From assembly GCA_050248855.1 (NCBI GenBank), contig JBFWRP010000003.1, positions 128,001 through 192,000 on the forward strand: 64,000 nucleotides of DNA, in the 5' to 3' direction. Below, piece by piece: positions 1-8,924 of this stretch (its first letter is position 1; each line of letters opens with the position of its first letter). Source of the DNA: Planctomycetota bacterium (GTDB lineage: Bacteria; Planctomycetota; PLA2; JAEUHO01). Under the pieces are notes generated by a model, which saw only the letters and a program-made list of their open reading frames with translations, was not told where the DNA came from and did not search any database. A program made the translations under genes and the position numbers.

Positions 1-788
1 TCTACGGCATCACGCTGGGCGGCTGGGCTTCCAACAGCAAGTACTCGCTGCTCGGCGGCGTCCGTGCCAGCGCCCAGATGATCAGCTACGAGCTCTCGCT
101 CGGCCTGGCGATCGTCCCCGTGCTGCTGATGACCGGGTCCCTGGGCCTCGGCGACATCGTACGCTGGCAGGCCGAGAACGGCTGGTTCCTGTTCTTCCAG
201 CCGCTCGCGTTCTTCATCTTCCTGGTCAGCGCCTACGCCGAGACCAACCGCCTACCCTTCGACATGCCGGAGTCCGAGACGGAGCTGGTGGCGGGCTACC
301 ACACCGAATACTCGTCCATGAAGTTCGCGCTGTTCTTCCTGGCGGAGTACACGCACATGACCGTGGGCTCGGCCCTGGTCGTGACGCTCTTCTGCGGCGG
401 CTGGACGCTGTTCGGCCTCGAGGCCATGGGTCCCCTGATGGGTCTCCTGGCCTTCGTGCTGAAGACCGTGTTCTTCCTCTTCCTCTTCATCTGGGTGCGC
501 TGGACGATCCCGCGCTTCCGGTACGACCAGCTGATGGCCCTGGGCTGGGCGTGGTTCATCCCGCTGGCCCTGCTCAACATCGTGCTGACGGCGGCCGCCC
601 TGGCTACGGGCATCCCCGCCCTTCTCTACGTGATGCCGGTCGGCCTGCTGGGCGCGGCACTCGTCGTCGTGGGCATCGTCTACCGCCGCGAGAAGTCCGC
701 CGTGCGCCCGCTGGCCGCGGACCCGACGTCGGCGGTGTGGAGCGGCAACCGTCCCGCTGGCGGGGCCTCCGGGGAGGTGGTCTCGTGA
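1..788 (+). CDS. nuoH: NADH-quinone oxidoreductase subunit H (5'-truncated by window)
   Basis: Frame open from nt 3: GWASNSKYSLLGGVRASAQMISYE, AETNRLPFDMPESETELVAGYHTEYS, WVRWTIPRFRYDQLM; first gene of nuoH-N run. Confidence 0.97.
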   Translation, partial: YGITLGGWASNSKYSLLGGVRASAQMISYELSLGLAIVPVLLMTGSLGLGDIVRWQAENGWFLFFQPLAFFIFLVSAYAETNRLPFDMPESETELVAGYHTEYSSMKFALFFLAEYTHMTVGSALVVTLFCGGWTLFGLEAMGPLMGLLAFVLKTVFFLFLFIWVRWTIPRFRYDQLMALGWAWFIPLALLNIVLTAAALATGIPALLYVMPVGLLGAALVVVGIVYRREKSAVRPLAADPTSAVWSGNRPAGGASGEVVS

Positions 789-1297
789 GCGCCAAGGTCA
801 AGACCGTCAACCGCACGCCGTCGACGTTCCTCGAGCGCCTGTACCTGCCGTCGGTCCTGAAGGGCCTCGGCATCACCTTCCGCCGGATGTTCCAGCGCAA
901 GGTCACGATGCAGTTCCCCGAGGAGCGCTGGGAAGTGCGGGAGGGCTACCGCGGCGCTCCCGTGCTGGTGAAAGACGACGAGAACCGCCCCAAGTGCGTG
1001 GCGTGCTCGCTCTGCGAGTACGTCTGCCCGCCCAAGGCGATCTACATCGTCCCGGAAGAGGTCGAAGATGCCTCCCGCGCCCACATCGAGCGCGGTCCGG
1101 CCGTCTTCAACATCAACATGCTGCGGTGCATTTTCTGCGGCCTCTGCGAGGAGGCCTGTCCGGAAGAAGCGATCTTCATGTCCAAGGAATACGCCTTGTG
1201 GGGGGCCAGCCGTGCCGAGCTGATCCACGACAAGGAGACGCTCTACGAGCTCGGAGGCATCCGGGCCGGCGGCATCAAGAAGTGGAAGGGCAAGTAG
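785..1297 (+). CDS. nuoI: NADH-quinone oxidoreductase subunit I (2x[4Fe-4S])
   Basis: GTG overlapping nuoH TGA; CVACSLCEYVCP and CIFCGLCEEACP ferredoxin motifs; VTMQFPEE. Confidence 0.96.
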   Translation: MSAKVKTVNRTPSTFLERLYLPSVLKGLGITFRRMFQRKVTMQFPEERWEVREGYRGAPVLVKDDENRPKCVACSLCEYVCPPKAIYIVPEEVEDASRAHIERGPAVFNINMLRCIFCGLCEEACPEEAIFMSKEYALWGASRAELIHDKETLYELGGIRAGGIKKWKGK

Positions 1298-1437
1298 CGA
1301 GGCGGAGGTAGGGCCCCGGACCCCGGCGCGAGCGTCGGGGGGGACCGGAGGCCCCACGAGGGACGCGGCCGCCCGGGGGCCGCACGAACGGAGGACGCCG
1401 GACGACCCCAGGCGGGGCGGCCGGCGACGCGAGGGCG

Positions 1438-2007
1438 ATGGCCACCCAGGTCCTGTACATCCTCTTCGGCGGCCTGGCGCTCGGCGCTGCGCTGCTGGCG
1501 GTGACGCGGAAGAACCCCGTGGCGTCGGCCATTTGGCTGGTCGTCATGTTCTTCGGTCTCGCTGCCACCTACGTGGTGATGGAGGCGTTCTTCGTCGGCG
1601 CCATCCAGATCCTCGTCTACGCAGGCGCCATCATGGTGCTGTTCCTCTTCGTCATCATGCTGCTGGACTTGCGCCAGCAGATGCTCGAGGGCAAGCCCAC
1701 GACGCGCCTGCGCTTCTTCGGCGTGCTCGCCGCCTTGCTCTTCCTCGTGGTGGGTGTGGTCGCCCTGGGGGACGCCAAGGACCGGGGCCTGCTGCAGCGC
1801 GCCGTGACACCGCTGCCCCGCGAGGCGGACGTCGTTGCCGCCAATCCCGACGCCAAGGCCCTGGTCGACTTGCCGCTGGACGGCACGGCCGGCGCCATCG
1901 CCGACGAGATGTTCACGCGCTGGGTCCTGCCCTTCGAGGTGGCCAGCGTGATCCTGCTCGGCGCCATCTTGGGCGCCGTAATCCTGACGAAGCGGAGGCT
2001 CACGTGA
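1438..2007 (+). CDS. nuoJ: NADH-quinone oxidoreductase subunit J
   Basis: KNPVASAIWL, QILVYAGAIMVLFLFVIMLL, PFEVASVILL; operon position. Confidence 0.96.
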   Translation: MATQVLYILFGGLALGAALLAVTRKNPVASAIWLVVMFFGLAATYVVMEAFFVGAIQILVYAGAIMVLFLFVIMLLDLRQQMLEGKPTTRLRFFGVLAALLFLVVGVVALGDAKDRGLLQRAVTPLPREADVVAANPDAKALVDLPLDGTAGAIADEMFTRWVLPFEVASVILLGAILGAVILTKRRLT

Positions 2008-2483
2008 GCGCCGCCTCGTTCCTCGCCGCGCCCATGGCCGTGGGCGCCAGCGTGCCCATCGAGTGGCCGCTCTTCCTGGGGCTGGCCCTGTTCGCCGTGG
2101 GCCTGGTCGGCGTCACCTGCCGCCGCAACATCCTGCTGATGCTGCTGTCCGTGGAGATCATGCTGAACGCCGTGAACGTGCTGTTCGTGGCGTTCTCGCG
2201 CGTCCACCACGACCTCGCCGGGCAGGTCTTCGTGTTCTTCGCCATGACCATCGCGGCCGCCGAGGTGGCCGTGGGCCTGGCCATCGTGATTGCCGTGTAC
2301 CGCCTGCGCCAGAGCACGGACGTGGACGACGCCCAGGATCTCCACGACGTGGACTACGGTCCTCTCGCGCCCATCGTCCTGGAGGGCGAGGACCAGCATC
2401 ACCACGACCACGGTCACGGTCACGACCACGACCACGATCACGATCATGCCCCGGTGTCAAGCGGGGAGGACCACCATGGCTGA
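2004..2483 (+). CDS. nuoK: NADH-quinone oxidoreductase subunit K with His/Asp-rich C-terminal extension (alternative start ATG 2034)
   Basis: RRNILLMLLSVEIMLNAVN, IAAAEVAVGLAIV; GTG overlaps nuoJ stop; tail HHHDHGHGHDHDHDHDH. Confidence 0.94.
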   Translation: MSAASFLAAPMAVGASVPIEWPLFLGLALFAVGLVGVTCRRNILLMLLSVEIMLNAVNVLFVAFSRVHHDLAGQVFVFFAMTIAAAEVAVGLAIVIAVYRLRQSTDVDDAQDLHDVDYGPLAPIVLEGEDQHHHDHGHGHDHDHDHDHAPVSSGEDHHG

Positions 2484-4479
2484 CCTGCTGCTGCCGCTCG
2501 CCGCCGCGGACCACGCGGCCCAGGTCGTGACCGAAGGCTTCAAGGCCTGGGCGCCCTGGCTCGTCCTGTTCATCCCACTGGGCGTCGCGTTCCTCGTGGC
2601 GGCCGTGCCCCCGCTTCGCAAGCGTGGGAACGCCGCGGCGGCCTTGGCCATCGGGGGCGTGGCCACGGGCTTCGTCCTGACCACGGTGCTCTACTTCCTG
2701 CCGCTGCTCGGCGGGCACGGAGCCACCTACGAGGCCGTCGTCGACTGGATCGTGGCCGGTGACGTCGTGATCCAGTTCGGCTCGCGCATGGACGCGCTGG
2801 CCCTCGTGATGACGATGGTCGTCACGGGCATCGGCACGGCGATCTTCGTCTACGCGCTGGGCTACATGCATGGCGACCCGGCGATGGGCCGCTTCTACGG
2901 CAAGTTCAGCCTGTTCGTCTTCTCGATGCTCGGCATCGTGATCTCGCCCAACTTCTTCCAGACCTTCGTGTTCTGGGAGCTGGTGGGCGTCAGCTCCTAC
3001 CTGCTGATCGGCTACTACTGGAAGAAGCACAGTGCGGGCGAGGCGGCCAAGAAGGCCTTCCTCACCAACCGCGTCGGCGACTTCGGCTTCCTGCTCGGCA
3101 TCCTCATGGTCTGGACGGCCGTGGGGGACGCCACGGGCGTCATGTCGTTCGACTTCGAGGTGATCCGCCGGGCGGTGCTCGACGAAGGCTACGGCGCCTC
3201 GTTCTTCGGCTCGGGCTGGCTGGCGGGCCTGGGCGCGATCCTCGTCTTCTGCGGCTGCATGGGCAAGAGCGCCCAGTTCCCGCTGCACGTCTGGCTGCCG
3301 GACGCCATGGAAGGCCCCACGCCGGTCTCCGCGCTGATGCACGCCGCCACGATGGTCGCGGCGGGCATCTACATGATGATCCGCTGCTTCTTCGTGCTCC
3401 AGGGCTCGGCCTGGGCGCCGACGGTCGTCGCCTGGCTCGGTGGCATCACGGCCTTCATCGCCGCGACCATGGCCATCACGCAACGCGACATCAAGAAGGT
3501 CCTCGCCTACTCCACGCTGTCGCAGCTGGGGTACATGACGATGGCCCTGGGCGCCGGGGCCTACACGGCGGCCATGTTCCACCTCACGACGCACGCCTGC
3601 TTCAAGGCACTGCTCTTCCTCTGCGCGGGAAGCGTCATCCACGGCTGCCACCACGAGCAGGACATGACCCACATGGGCGGCCTCAAGTCGCTCATGCCGT
3701 CCACGTACAAGACCTGGATGATCGGCACGATCTCGCTCACCGCGATCCTGCCCATCGCCGGGTGGTGGTCCAAGGACGAGATCCTCGGCAGCTACGTGGG
3801 GAACGCCTCGATCGCCGGCGCCCCGCTGCTGCTGCTCCTCGGCCTCGCCGTCGCCGGCATGACGGCCTTCTACATGTTCCGCGCCACCCACATGACGTTC
3901 AGCGGCTCGTACCGCGGACACCACCCGGCACACGAGAGCCCCAAGGTCATGACGGGTCCGCTCTGGGCCCTGGCCATCGCCAGCCTGTTCGTGGGCTTCG
4001 TCGGCATCCCGAACAACACCTTCGGCACCACGCACACCAACGTCTTCGAGCACCTGCTGCACGACTGGCACGTGGGCGAAGCCGCCACCTTGCACGTCTG
4101 GCTGGCCGTGCTCTCCACCGCCATCGCCATCGGCGGCGCGCTCCTGGCGCGCAGGATCTACGCCACGAGCGAGGGCAAGGACCCGCTGCCGGCCAAGCTG
4201 GGCGGCGTCTGGACGCTCTGGAACGAGCTCTGGTACGTCGACCGCTTCTACCTGTGGCTCGTGCGCACGGTCCAGCAGGGCATCGCCAACGTCTGCTGGT
4301 GGTTCGAGCGCAACGTGCTCATCCAGGGCGCCATCAACGGCCTGTCGCAGGGCGTCCGCGCAAGCGGCGAAGGCCTGCGCCGCGCCCAGTCGGGTCGACT
4401 GGGTGCCTACGTGACCTCGTTCGTGGTCGGGGCGGTGATCGTGCTGCTCGTCGTCCTCGTCCAGCTGCAGCTCCGGTGA
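2476..4479 (+). CDS. nuoL: NADH-quinone oxidoreductase subunit L
   Basis: ATG 2476 after GGAGG; WELVGVSSYLLIG, NRVGDFG, GKSAQFPLHVWLPDAMEGPTPVSALMHAATMV, KKVLAYSTLSQLG. Confidence 0.97.
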   Translation: MADLLLPLAAADHAAQVVTEGFKAWAPWLVLFIPLGVAFLVAAVPPLRKRGNAAAALAIGGVATGFVLTTVLYFLPLLGGHGATYEAVVDWIVAGDVVIQFGSRMDALALVMTMVVTGIGTAIFVYALGYMHGDPAMGRFYGKFSLFVFSMLGIVISPNFFQTFVFWELVGVSSYLLIGYYWKKHSAGEAAKKAFLTNRVGDFGFLLGILMVWTAVGDATGVMSFDFEVIRRAVLDEGYGASFFGSGWLAGLGAILVFCGCMGKSAQFPLHVWLPDAMEGPTPVSALMHAATMVAAGIYMMIRCFFVLQGSAWAPTVVAWLGGITAFIAATMAITQRDIKKVLAYSTLSQLGYMTMALGAGAYTAAMFHLTTHACFKALLFLCAGSVIHGCHHEQDMTHMGGLKSLMPSTYKTWMIGTISLTAILPIAGWWSKDEILGSYVGNASIAGAPLLLLLGLAVAGMTAFYMFRATHMTFSGSYRGHHPAHESPKVMTGPLWALAIASLFVGFVGIPNNTFGTTHTNVFEHLLHDWHVGEAATLHVWLAVLSTAIAIGGALLARRIYATSEGKDPLPAKLGGVWTLWNELWYVDRFYLWLVRTVQQGIANVCWWFERNVLIQGAINGLSQGVRASGEGLRRAQSGRLGAYVTSFVVGAVIVLLVVLVQLQLR

Positions 4480-4495
4480 TCGGGGGACGCACACG

Positions 4496-6088
4496 GTGAA
4501 CCTCCTCCTGCTCATCCTCCTGACGCCCGCCATCGCGACAGCCGTGCTGTTCGCGATCCCCGGGCAGCGTGTGTCCTGGGTGCGTGGTGTCGCCACGGCG
4601 GCCTCGACGGTCGTGCTCGTGGCCTCGATCGTCCTGGCGTGGGGCTACCACGACGCCCCCGTGGGTCGCGTGGCCGGCGAGGGCACGACGGCCGAGCACG
4701 TCTACAAGCACACGATGGACGTCGACTGGGTGCCGTCGTTGGGCCTTGGCTTCCGCCTGGGCGTGGACGGCATCGGCGTCGCCATGGTGCTGCTCACCGC
4801 GTTCATCATCTTCGCGGGCGTGATCGTCTCGTACACGGTCCAGAAACGGGTCAAGGAGTACTACATCAACCTGATGGCGCTCGTCACGGGCGTCTTCGGC
4901 GTGTTCGTGTCCCTGGACCTGTTCTTCTACTACTTCTTCTACGAGCTGGCCGTGATCCCCATGTTCCTGCTGATCGGGATCTGGGGCAGTACCACGCGCA
5001 CCGTGGACCAGCAGTACGCCACGATGAAGCTGGTGCTGATGCTCTCCACCGGCGCGGTGGCGGCCCTCGTCGGTCTGCTCTGGCTGTACACGCAGGGCAA
5101 CACGTTCGACATGGTGGCGCTGGAGGACGTCAAGCTGGCCGTCAAGGACCAGATGATCTGGTTCCCGGTCGTGTTCCTCGGCTTCGCCAGCCTGATCCCG
5201 CTCTGGCCGCTCCACTCGTGGAGCCCCGCGGGCCACGCGGCGGCGCCCGCCGCCGTCTCCATGCTCCACGCCGGCGTGCTGATGAAGCTCGGCGCCTTCG
5301 GCGTGCTGCGCGTCGCCATGACGTACATGCCCGACGCCGCGGCGGTCTACCTGCCCTGGGTCGGCATCCTCTGCTGCTTCAACATCGTCTACGGCGCCCT
5401 GGTGGCGATCCGCCACAAGGACCTGAAGCTGATCATCGGCTACTCGTCGTCCAGCCACATGGGCTACGTGCTGCTGGGCCTGGCGAGCATCACGCTCGTC
5501 GGCTTCTCGGGCGCCGTCTTCCTGATGTTCGCGCACGGGATCATGACGGCCCTGGCCTTCTCGCTGATCGGCTGGTTCTACGACCAGACCCACACCCGCA
5601 TGGTGGGGGACCTGGGCGGCCTGATGAAGGTCATGCCGTTCGCGGGCTTCTGCTTCGTCGTGGCCGCCATGGCGTCCGCGGGCCTGCCGGGCTTTGCCAA
5701 CTTCGTGAGCGAGCTGATGGTCATCATCGGTGCGTGGCAGAGCGACTCGCTCTTCACCAAGATCCCGGCCGTGCTCGCGGTCTGGGGCTTGGTGCTGACC
5801 GGCGTCTACCTGCTGCGCGCCGTGAAGGACGTCTGGTACGGCGACATGCCCGAGCGCTGGAAGGACCTGAAGGACGCCCGGACCCCGGTGCAGAAGCTGC
5901 CGTTCTTGGTGCTCATGGCCGTGCTCGTCTGGTTCGGCTTCCGGCCGCAGCCCATGATCGACCTCGCCGAAGACGGCGTGCGCCCGATCCTCGTGCGCAT
6001 CCAGGAGGCCGAGGCGGCCGCCGCGGGCACCCAGACGGCAACGACAACGCCTGACGACCCGGCCCACGGCGCCGAGGGAGGCCGCTAG
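4496..6088 (+). CDS. nuoM: NADH-quinone oxidoreductase subunit M
   Basis: LGVDGI, FFYELAVIPMFLLIGIWG, PLHSWSP, GVLMKLGAFG, SAGLPGFANFVSE. Confidence 0.96.
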   Translation: MNLLLLILLTPAIATAVLFAIPGQRVSWVRGVATAASTVVLVASIVLAWGYHDAPVGRVAGEGTTAEHVYKHTMDVDWVPSLGLGFRLGVDGIGVAMVLLTAFIIFAGVIVSYTVQKRVKEYYINLMALVTGVFGVFVSLDLFFYYFFYELAVIPMFLLIGIWGSTTRTVDQQYATMKLVLMLSTGAVAALVGLLWLYTQGNTFDMVALEDVKLAVKDQMIWFPVVFLGFASLIPLWPLHSWSPAGHAAAPAAVSMLHAGVLMKLGAFGVLRVAMTYMPDAAAVYLPWVGILCCFNIVYGALVAIRHKDLKLIIGYSSSSHMGYVLLGLASITLVGFSGAVFLMFAHGIMTALAFSLIGWFYDQTHTRMVGDLGGLMKVMPFAGFCFVVAAMASAGLPGFANFVSELMVIIGAWQSDSLFTKIPAVLAVWGLVLTGVYLLRAVKDVWYGDMPERWKDLKDARTPVQKLPFLVLMAVLVWFGFRPQPMIDLAEDGVRPILVRIQEAEAAAAGTQTATTTPDDPAHGAEGGR

Positions 6089-7638
6089 TGCTCGTCGCCA
6101 CGTCCGTCCCGCCCCAGCTGGGCCTCGACCGTCTCCTGCCCGAGCTGATCGTGGCCGGCACCGGCTTCGCGGCCATCGTCACCGAGCTGCTGCTCCCGGC
6201 CGGCCGGCGCGCCGTGGCCTCGGGGCTCACGGCCTTCCTCGGGCTTGCCGTCGCGTTCGTCTTCCTGCTCACGGCCACGCCGACGGGCTTGGCCCTCTCG
6301 GTCCACGCCCCGGCACGCGTCGGTGGCGTCGTCCAGGACGTGCTGATCACGGGCTGGCTCTCGGACGCGTTCTCGATCTACGTGCGGGGCACCGTGCTGG
6401 TCACGGGCATGCTCCTGCTGCTCCTCTCGATGCGCTACCTCAAGCGCATGGACCGCGGCCACGGCGAGCTGACGGCCCTGCTCCTGTTCGCCTTGCTCGG
6501 CGTCATGCTCGTGAGCGGCGTGCAGGACCTCCTGTCGTTCTTCGTCTGCCTCGAGCTGGTCACGATCATGTCCTACGTGCTGGCCGCCTTCCGGCGCAAC
6601 GACAGCCGCAGCACGGAGGCGGGGCTGAAGTACCTCGTGGTGGGGGCGGTCTCGACGGCCCTCCTGCTGCTCGGCATCGCGTTCGTGTACGGCCATGTCG
6701 GCAGCCTCTCGTTCGAGGCGGTCGCCACGACCCTGGCCGGCGGCGAGATGAGCGTCTTCCTGGGCCTGGGCCTCGTGCTCGTGCTCGTGGGCTTGCTCTT
6801 CAAGGTCGGCGGCGTGCCCTTCCACGTCTGGATCCCCGACGTCTACCAGGGCGCGCCGACCCCCGTGACGGCGTTCCTGGCTACCGCCAGCAAGGCGGCC
6901 GGCCTCGTCCTGCTGTTGCGCTTCGGGACCATCGCGTTCGTCGGCGGCGGCGTGGCGTGGGTGCCCATCCTCGCGGTCATCGCCGTGGCAACGCTCGTCT
7001 TCGGCAGCCTGGGGGCCCTGGGCCAGCGCAACATCAAGCGCATGCTCGGCTACAGCGGCATCGGGCACGCCGGGTACCTGCTCATGGGCATCACGGCCAT
7101 GGCGGCCGCGGAGATCGGCGGGCGGGCGGCCGACGGCCCGTCCACGGCGATCCTCTTCTACCTGCTCGCCTATGCCCTGACCGGGCTCACCGCCTTCGCC
7201 GTGGTGGTCCTGGTGGCGGGGGCTTCGGGCGGCGAGCACGGCGGCCGGGCTTGGCGCGGGCTTTGGAAGCGCTCGCCGTTCCTAGCCGTCGCGATGCTGC
7301 TGGCGTTGCTCTCGCTGGCTGGCGTACCGCCCATGTCGGGCTTCTTCGCCAAGTTCCTCGTCCTCAAGGCCCTCGTGGACCAGGGCCTCGTCGGGATGGC
7401 GTTCCTCGGCGCCGGCGCCGTGATCGTGGGCCTGTACTTCTACTTCCTGTGGATGAAGGAGATGTACTTCAAGGAGCCCGAGCCCGAGCTCGAGGCGTCG
7501 CCCATCCACGTGCCGTGGTCGAGCCGCCTGGCCCTGATCATCGGCATCCTCGGCATGGTGGGGATGGGCATCTTCATGAGCCCGTTCCACACCTGGGCGG
7601 AGGAGGCCGCCAAGGCCCTCCTGGCGACCGCGCGCTAG
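6088..7638 (+). CDS. nuoN: NADH-quinone oxidoreductase subunit N
   Basis: STEAGLKY, FKVGGVPFHVWIPDVYQGAPTPVTAFL, QRNIKRMLGYS, SLAGVPPMSGFFAKF. Confidence 0.97.
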   Translation: MLVATSVPPQLGLDRLLPELIVAGTGFAAIVTELLLPAGRRAVASGLTAFLGLAVAFVFLLTATPTGLALSVHAPARVGGVVQDVLITGWLSDAFSIYVRGTVLVTGMLLLLLSMRYLKRMDRGHGELTALLLFALLGVMLVSGVQDLLSFFVCLELVTIMSYVLAAFRRNDSRSTEAGLKYLVVGAVSTALLLLGIAFVYGHVGSLSFEAVATTLAGGEMSVFLGLGLVLVLVGLLFKVGGVPFHVWIPDVYQGAPTPVTAFLATASKAAGLVLLLRFGTIAFVGGGVAWVPILAVIAVATLVFGSLGALGQRNIKRMLGYSGIGHAGYLLMGITAMAAAEIGGRAADGPSTAILFYLLAYALTGLTAFAVVVLVAGASGGEHGGRAWRGLWKRSPFLAVAMLLALLSLAGVPPMSGFFAKFLVLKALVDQGLVGMAFLGAGAVIVGLYFYFLWMKEMYFKEPEPELEASPIHVPWSSRLALIIGILGMVGMGIFMSPFHTWAEEAAKALLATAR

Positions 7639-7665
7639 GTCACGAGACCCCCACGGCCCGCGACC

Positions 7666-8250
7666 CTACCGCGTGGGCTTGGGGGGCGGGGGCGGCGCCA
7701 CCCCCTGGAACCCGAAGCCCAGCGTCGCGTCCGCTTGGCCGGCGGCAGGCGCCGCCTTCGTGATGATCCCGTGGATCTGGCCGTCGCGATCGCCCGCGAC
7801 GGCGTCGCTGTCGACGGTGTCGTCGGCGCCGGCATCGGGGGTGTCCAGCACGGCAGGCGTGAACCCCATGCCGAACGCCTGGTCCGCGGCCGTGAGCAGG
7901 GAGGCCTGTTCGACGAGCACGCGCAGCTCGTACGTGGTGCCCGGCGTGAGCTCGACCACGGACTGGTCGACCACGAAGAGGCCGTCGGGGTTGCTGAGCG
8001 TGGCGGCCACGAACGCGAGGCCGTCCCAGACGGTGACCTCGACGTCCTGCACCAGGAGGTCGCCCGCGTCGTAGACCTTGTCGCCGTTGACGTCCATGAA
8101 CACGCGACCGCCCAACGCCGGCGGGTCGCCAGGCGGCGGCTGCTGGCCGGGGCCCCCGCCACCCCCGCAGGCGCTCAGGGCGCCGGCCAACAAGGCCGCG
8201 CCGAGAGCGCTCCAGGGACGAGCGGAACCGGGCAGGAAGGCGTCGGACAT
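7666..8250 (-). CDS. Small lipoprotein with SdrD-B/Cna-B-like domain
   Basis: ATG 8250 after GGAGA; lipobox LSA-C followed by GGGGG; GGRVFMDVNGDKVYDAGD...SNPDGLF...DDTVDSDA...LGFGF resembles an SdrD B-like repeat. Confidence 0.72.
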   Translation of the reverse strand: MSDAFLPGSARPWSALGAALLAGALSACGGGGGPGQQPPPGDPPALGGRVFMDVNGDKVYDAGDLLVQDVEVTVWDGLAFVAATLSNPDGLFVVDQSVVELTPGTTYELRVLVEQASLLTAADQAFGMGFTPAVLDTPDAGADDTVDSDAVAGDRDGQIHGIITKAAPAAGQADATLGFGFQGVAPPPPPKPTR

Positions 8251-8272
8251 CGGGGTCTCCGAAGAAAGGGAC

Positions 8273-8288
8273 GGCACGTTGCGTGCCT
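8273..8288 (-). promoter_or_regulatory. Candidate sigma54 (-24/-12) promoter for the small lipoprotein
   Basis: Minus strand AGGCACGCAACGTGCC = GG-N10-GC, predicting a TSS near 8262 just 5' of the SD; site is nearly palindromic (GGCACG-TTG-CGTGCC). Confidence 0.4.
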
Positions 8289-8815
8289 GCGGTCAAGTGT
8301 ACGTGAACGCGTGGTGGGTGGGACGGCAAGCCCAAGGAAGGCGGGCGCCGCATGGCGTGTCCGCTCCGGCGGCGTGCGGAAGCGCACGGCATGTTGCTCG
8401 GGCTTGACGCGACATGCGGCCCGGCGGTGACGCCGCCAAGCGCGTCCGTCCCACGCCGCGATCCGGAATCCGAACCCGCGTCGGGACGAGCTCTGATCGT
8501 TGCGTATCCAGGGGGGGCCGGGAGGTCTGGAATCCCGGTGACCATGACGCAGCGGCGCCGGTTCGATGCCGCTGGACGTCCCGCCTGCGGCAGGCGCGAA
8601 GGGACCTTCCCCTCCGTGCAGCGCGGTCGGATCTCCGGCGTCCCACCGCGCAGTGCGTTGGCCGCCTGCCACGGACGCGGGAGATCGCGACAAGTCGATT
8701 GCCACGCGTCGCTCCAGCCGCCGGTGCGCCACGACGAGGCAGGTCGGGAACTGCCGAATTCGCACTGGAAAGGCCGTTTCCGACGCGTCGCCGCCGCGCC
8801 TCGGGACCCTGGATC

Positions 8816-8831
8816 AGGCACTTCGCTTGCA
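8816..8831 (+). promoter_or_regulatory. sigma54 promoter of array copy 1
   Basis: AGGCACTTCGCTTGCA: GG 8817-8818, N10, GC 8829-8830; matches TGGCAC-N5-TTGCA. Confidence 0.7.
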
Positions 8832-8924
8832 CCTGTTGTCTGCGCGCGAGCCTGGCGGTGCCGGCCCGCGTCCCCTTGCGCCGCGGAGTCTGCCTCGTCC
8901 GCGCGAAGGATCCAGGGAGCGACG

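Noticed and set aside
1298..1437. GC-rich spacer between nuoI and nuoJ as an ncRNA or repeat element
   Set aside because: Only short imperfect stems, no second copy noticed in the window and no recognisable family.
8352..8924. N-terminal extensions in the ORF track (8352, 13848, 18743, 29035 and similar for TetR, LarA, pdxA, PP2C, Slt)
   Set aside because: Open by chance in GC-rich DNA; downstream starts have SD or -10 signals, signal peptides or stop/start coupling.
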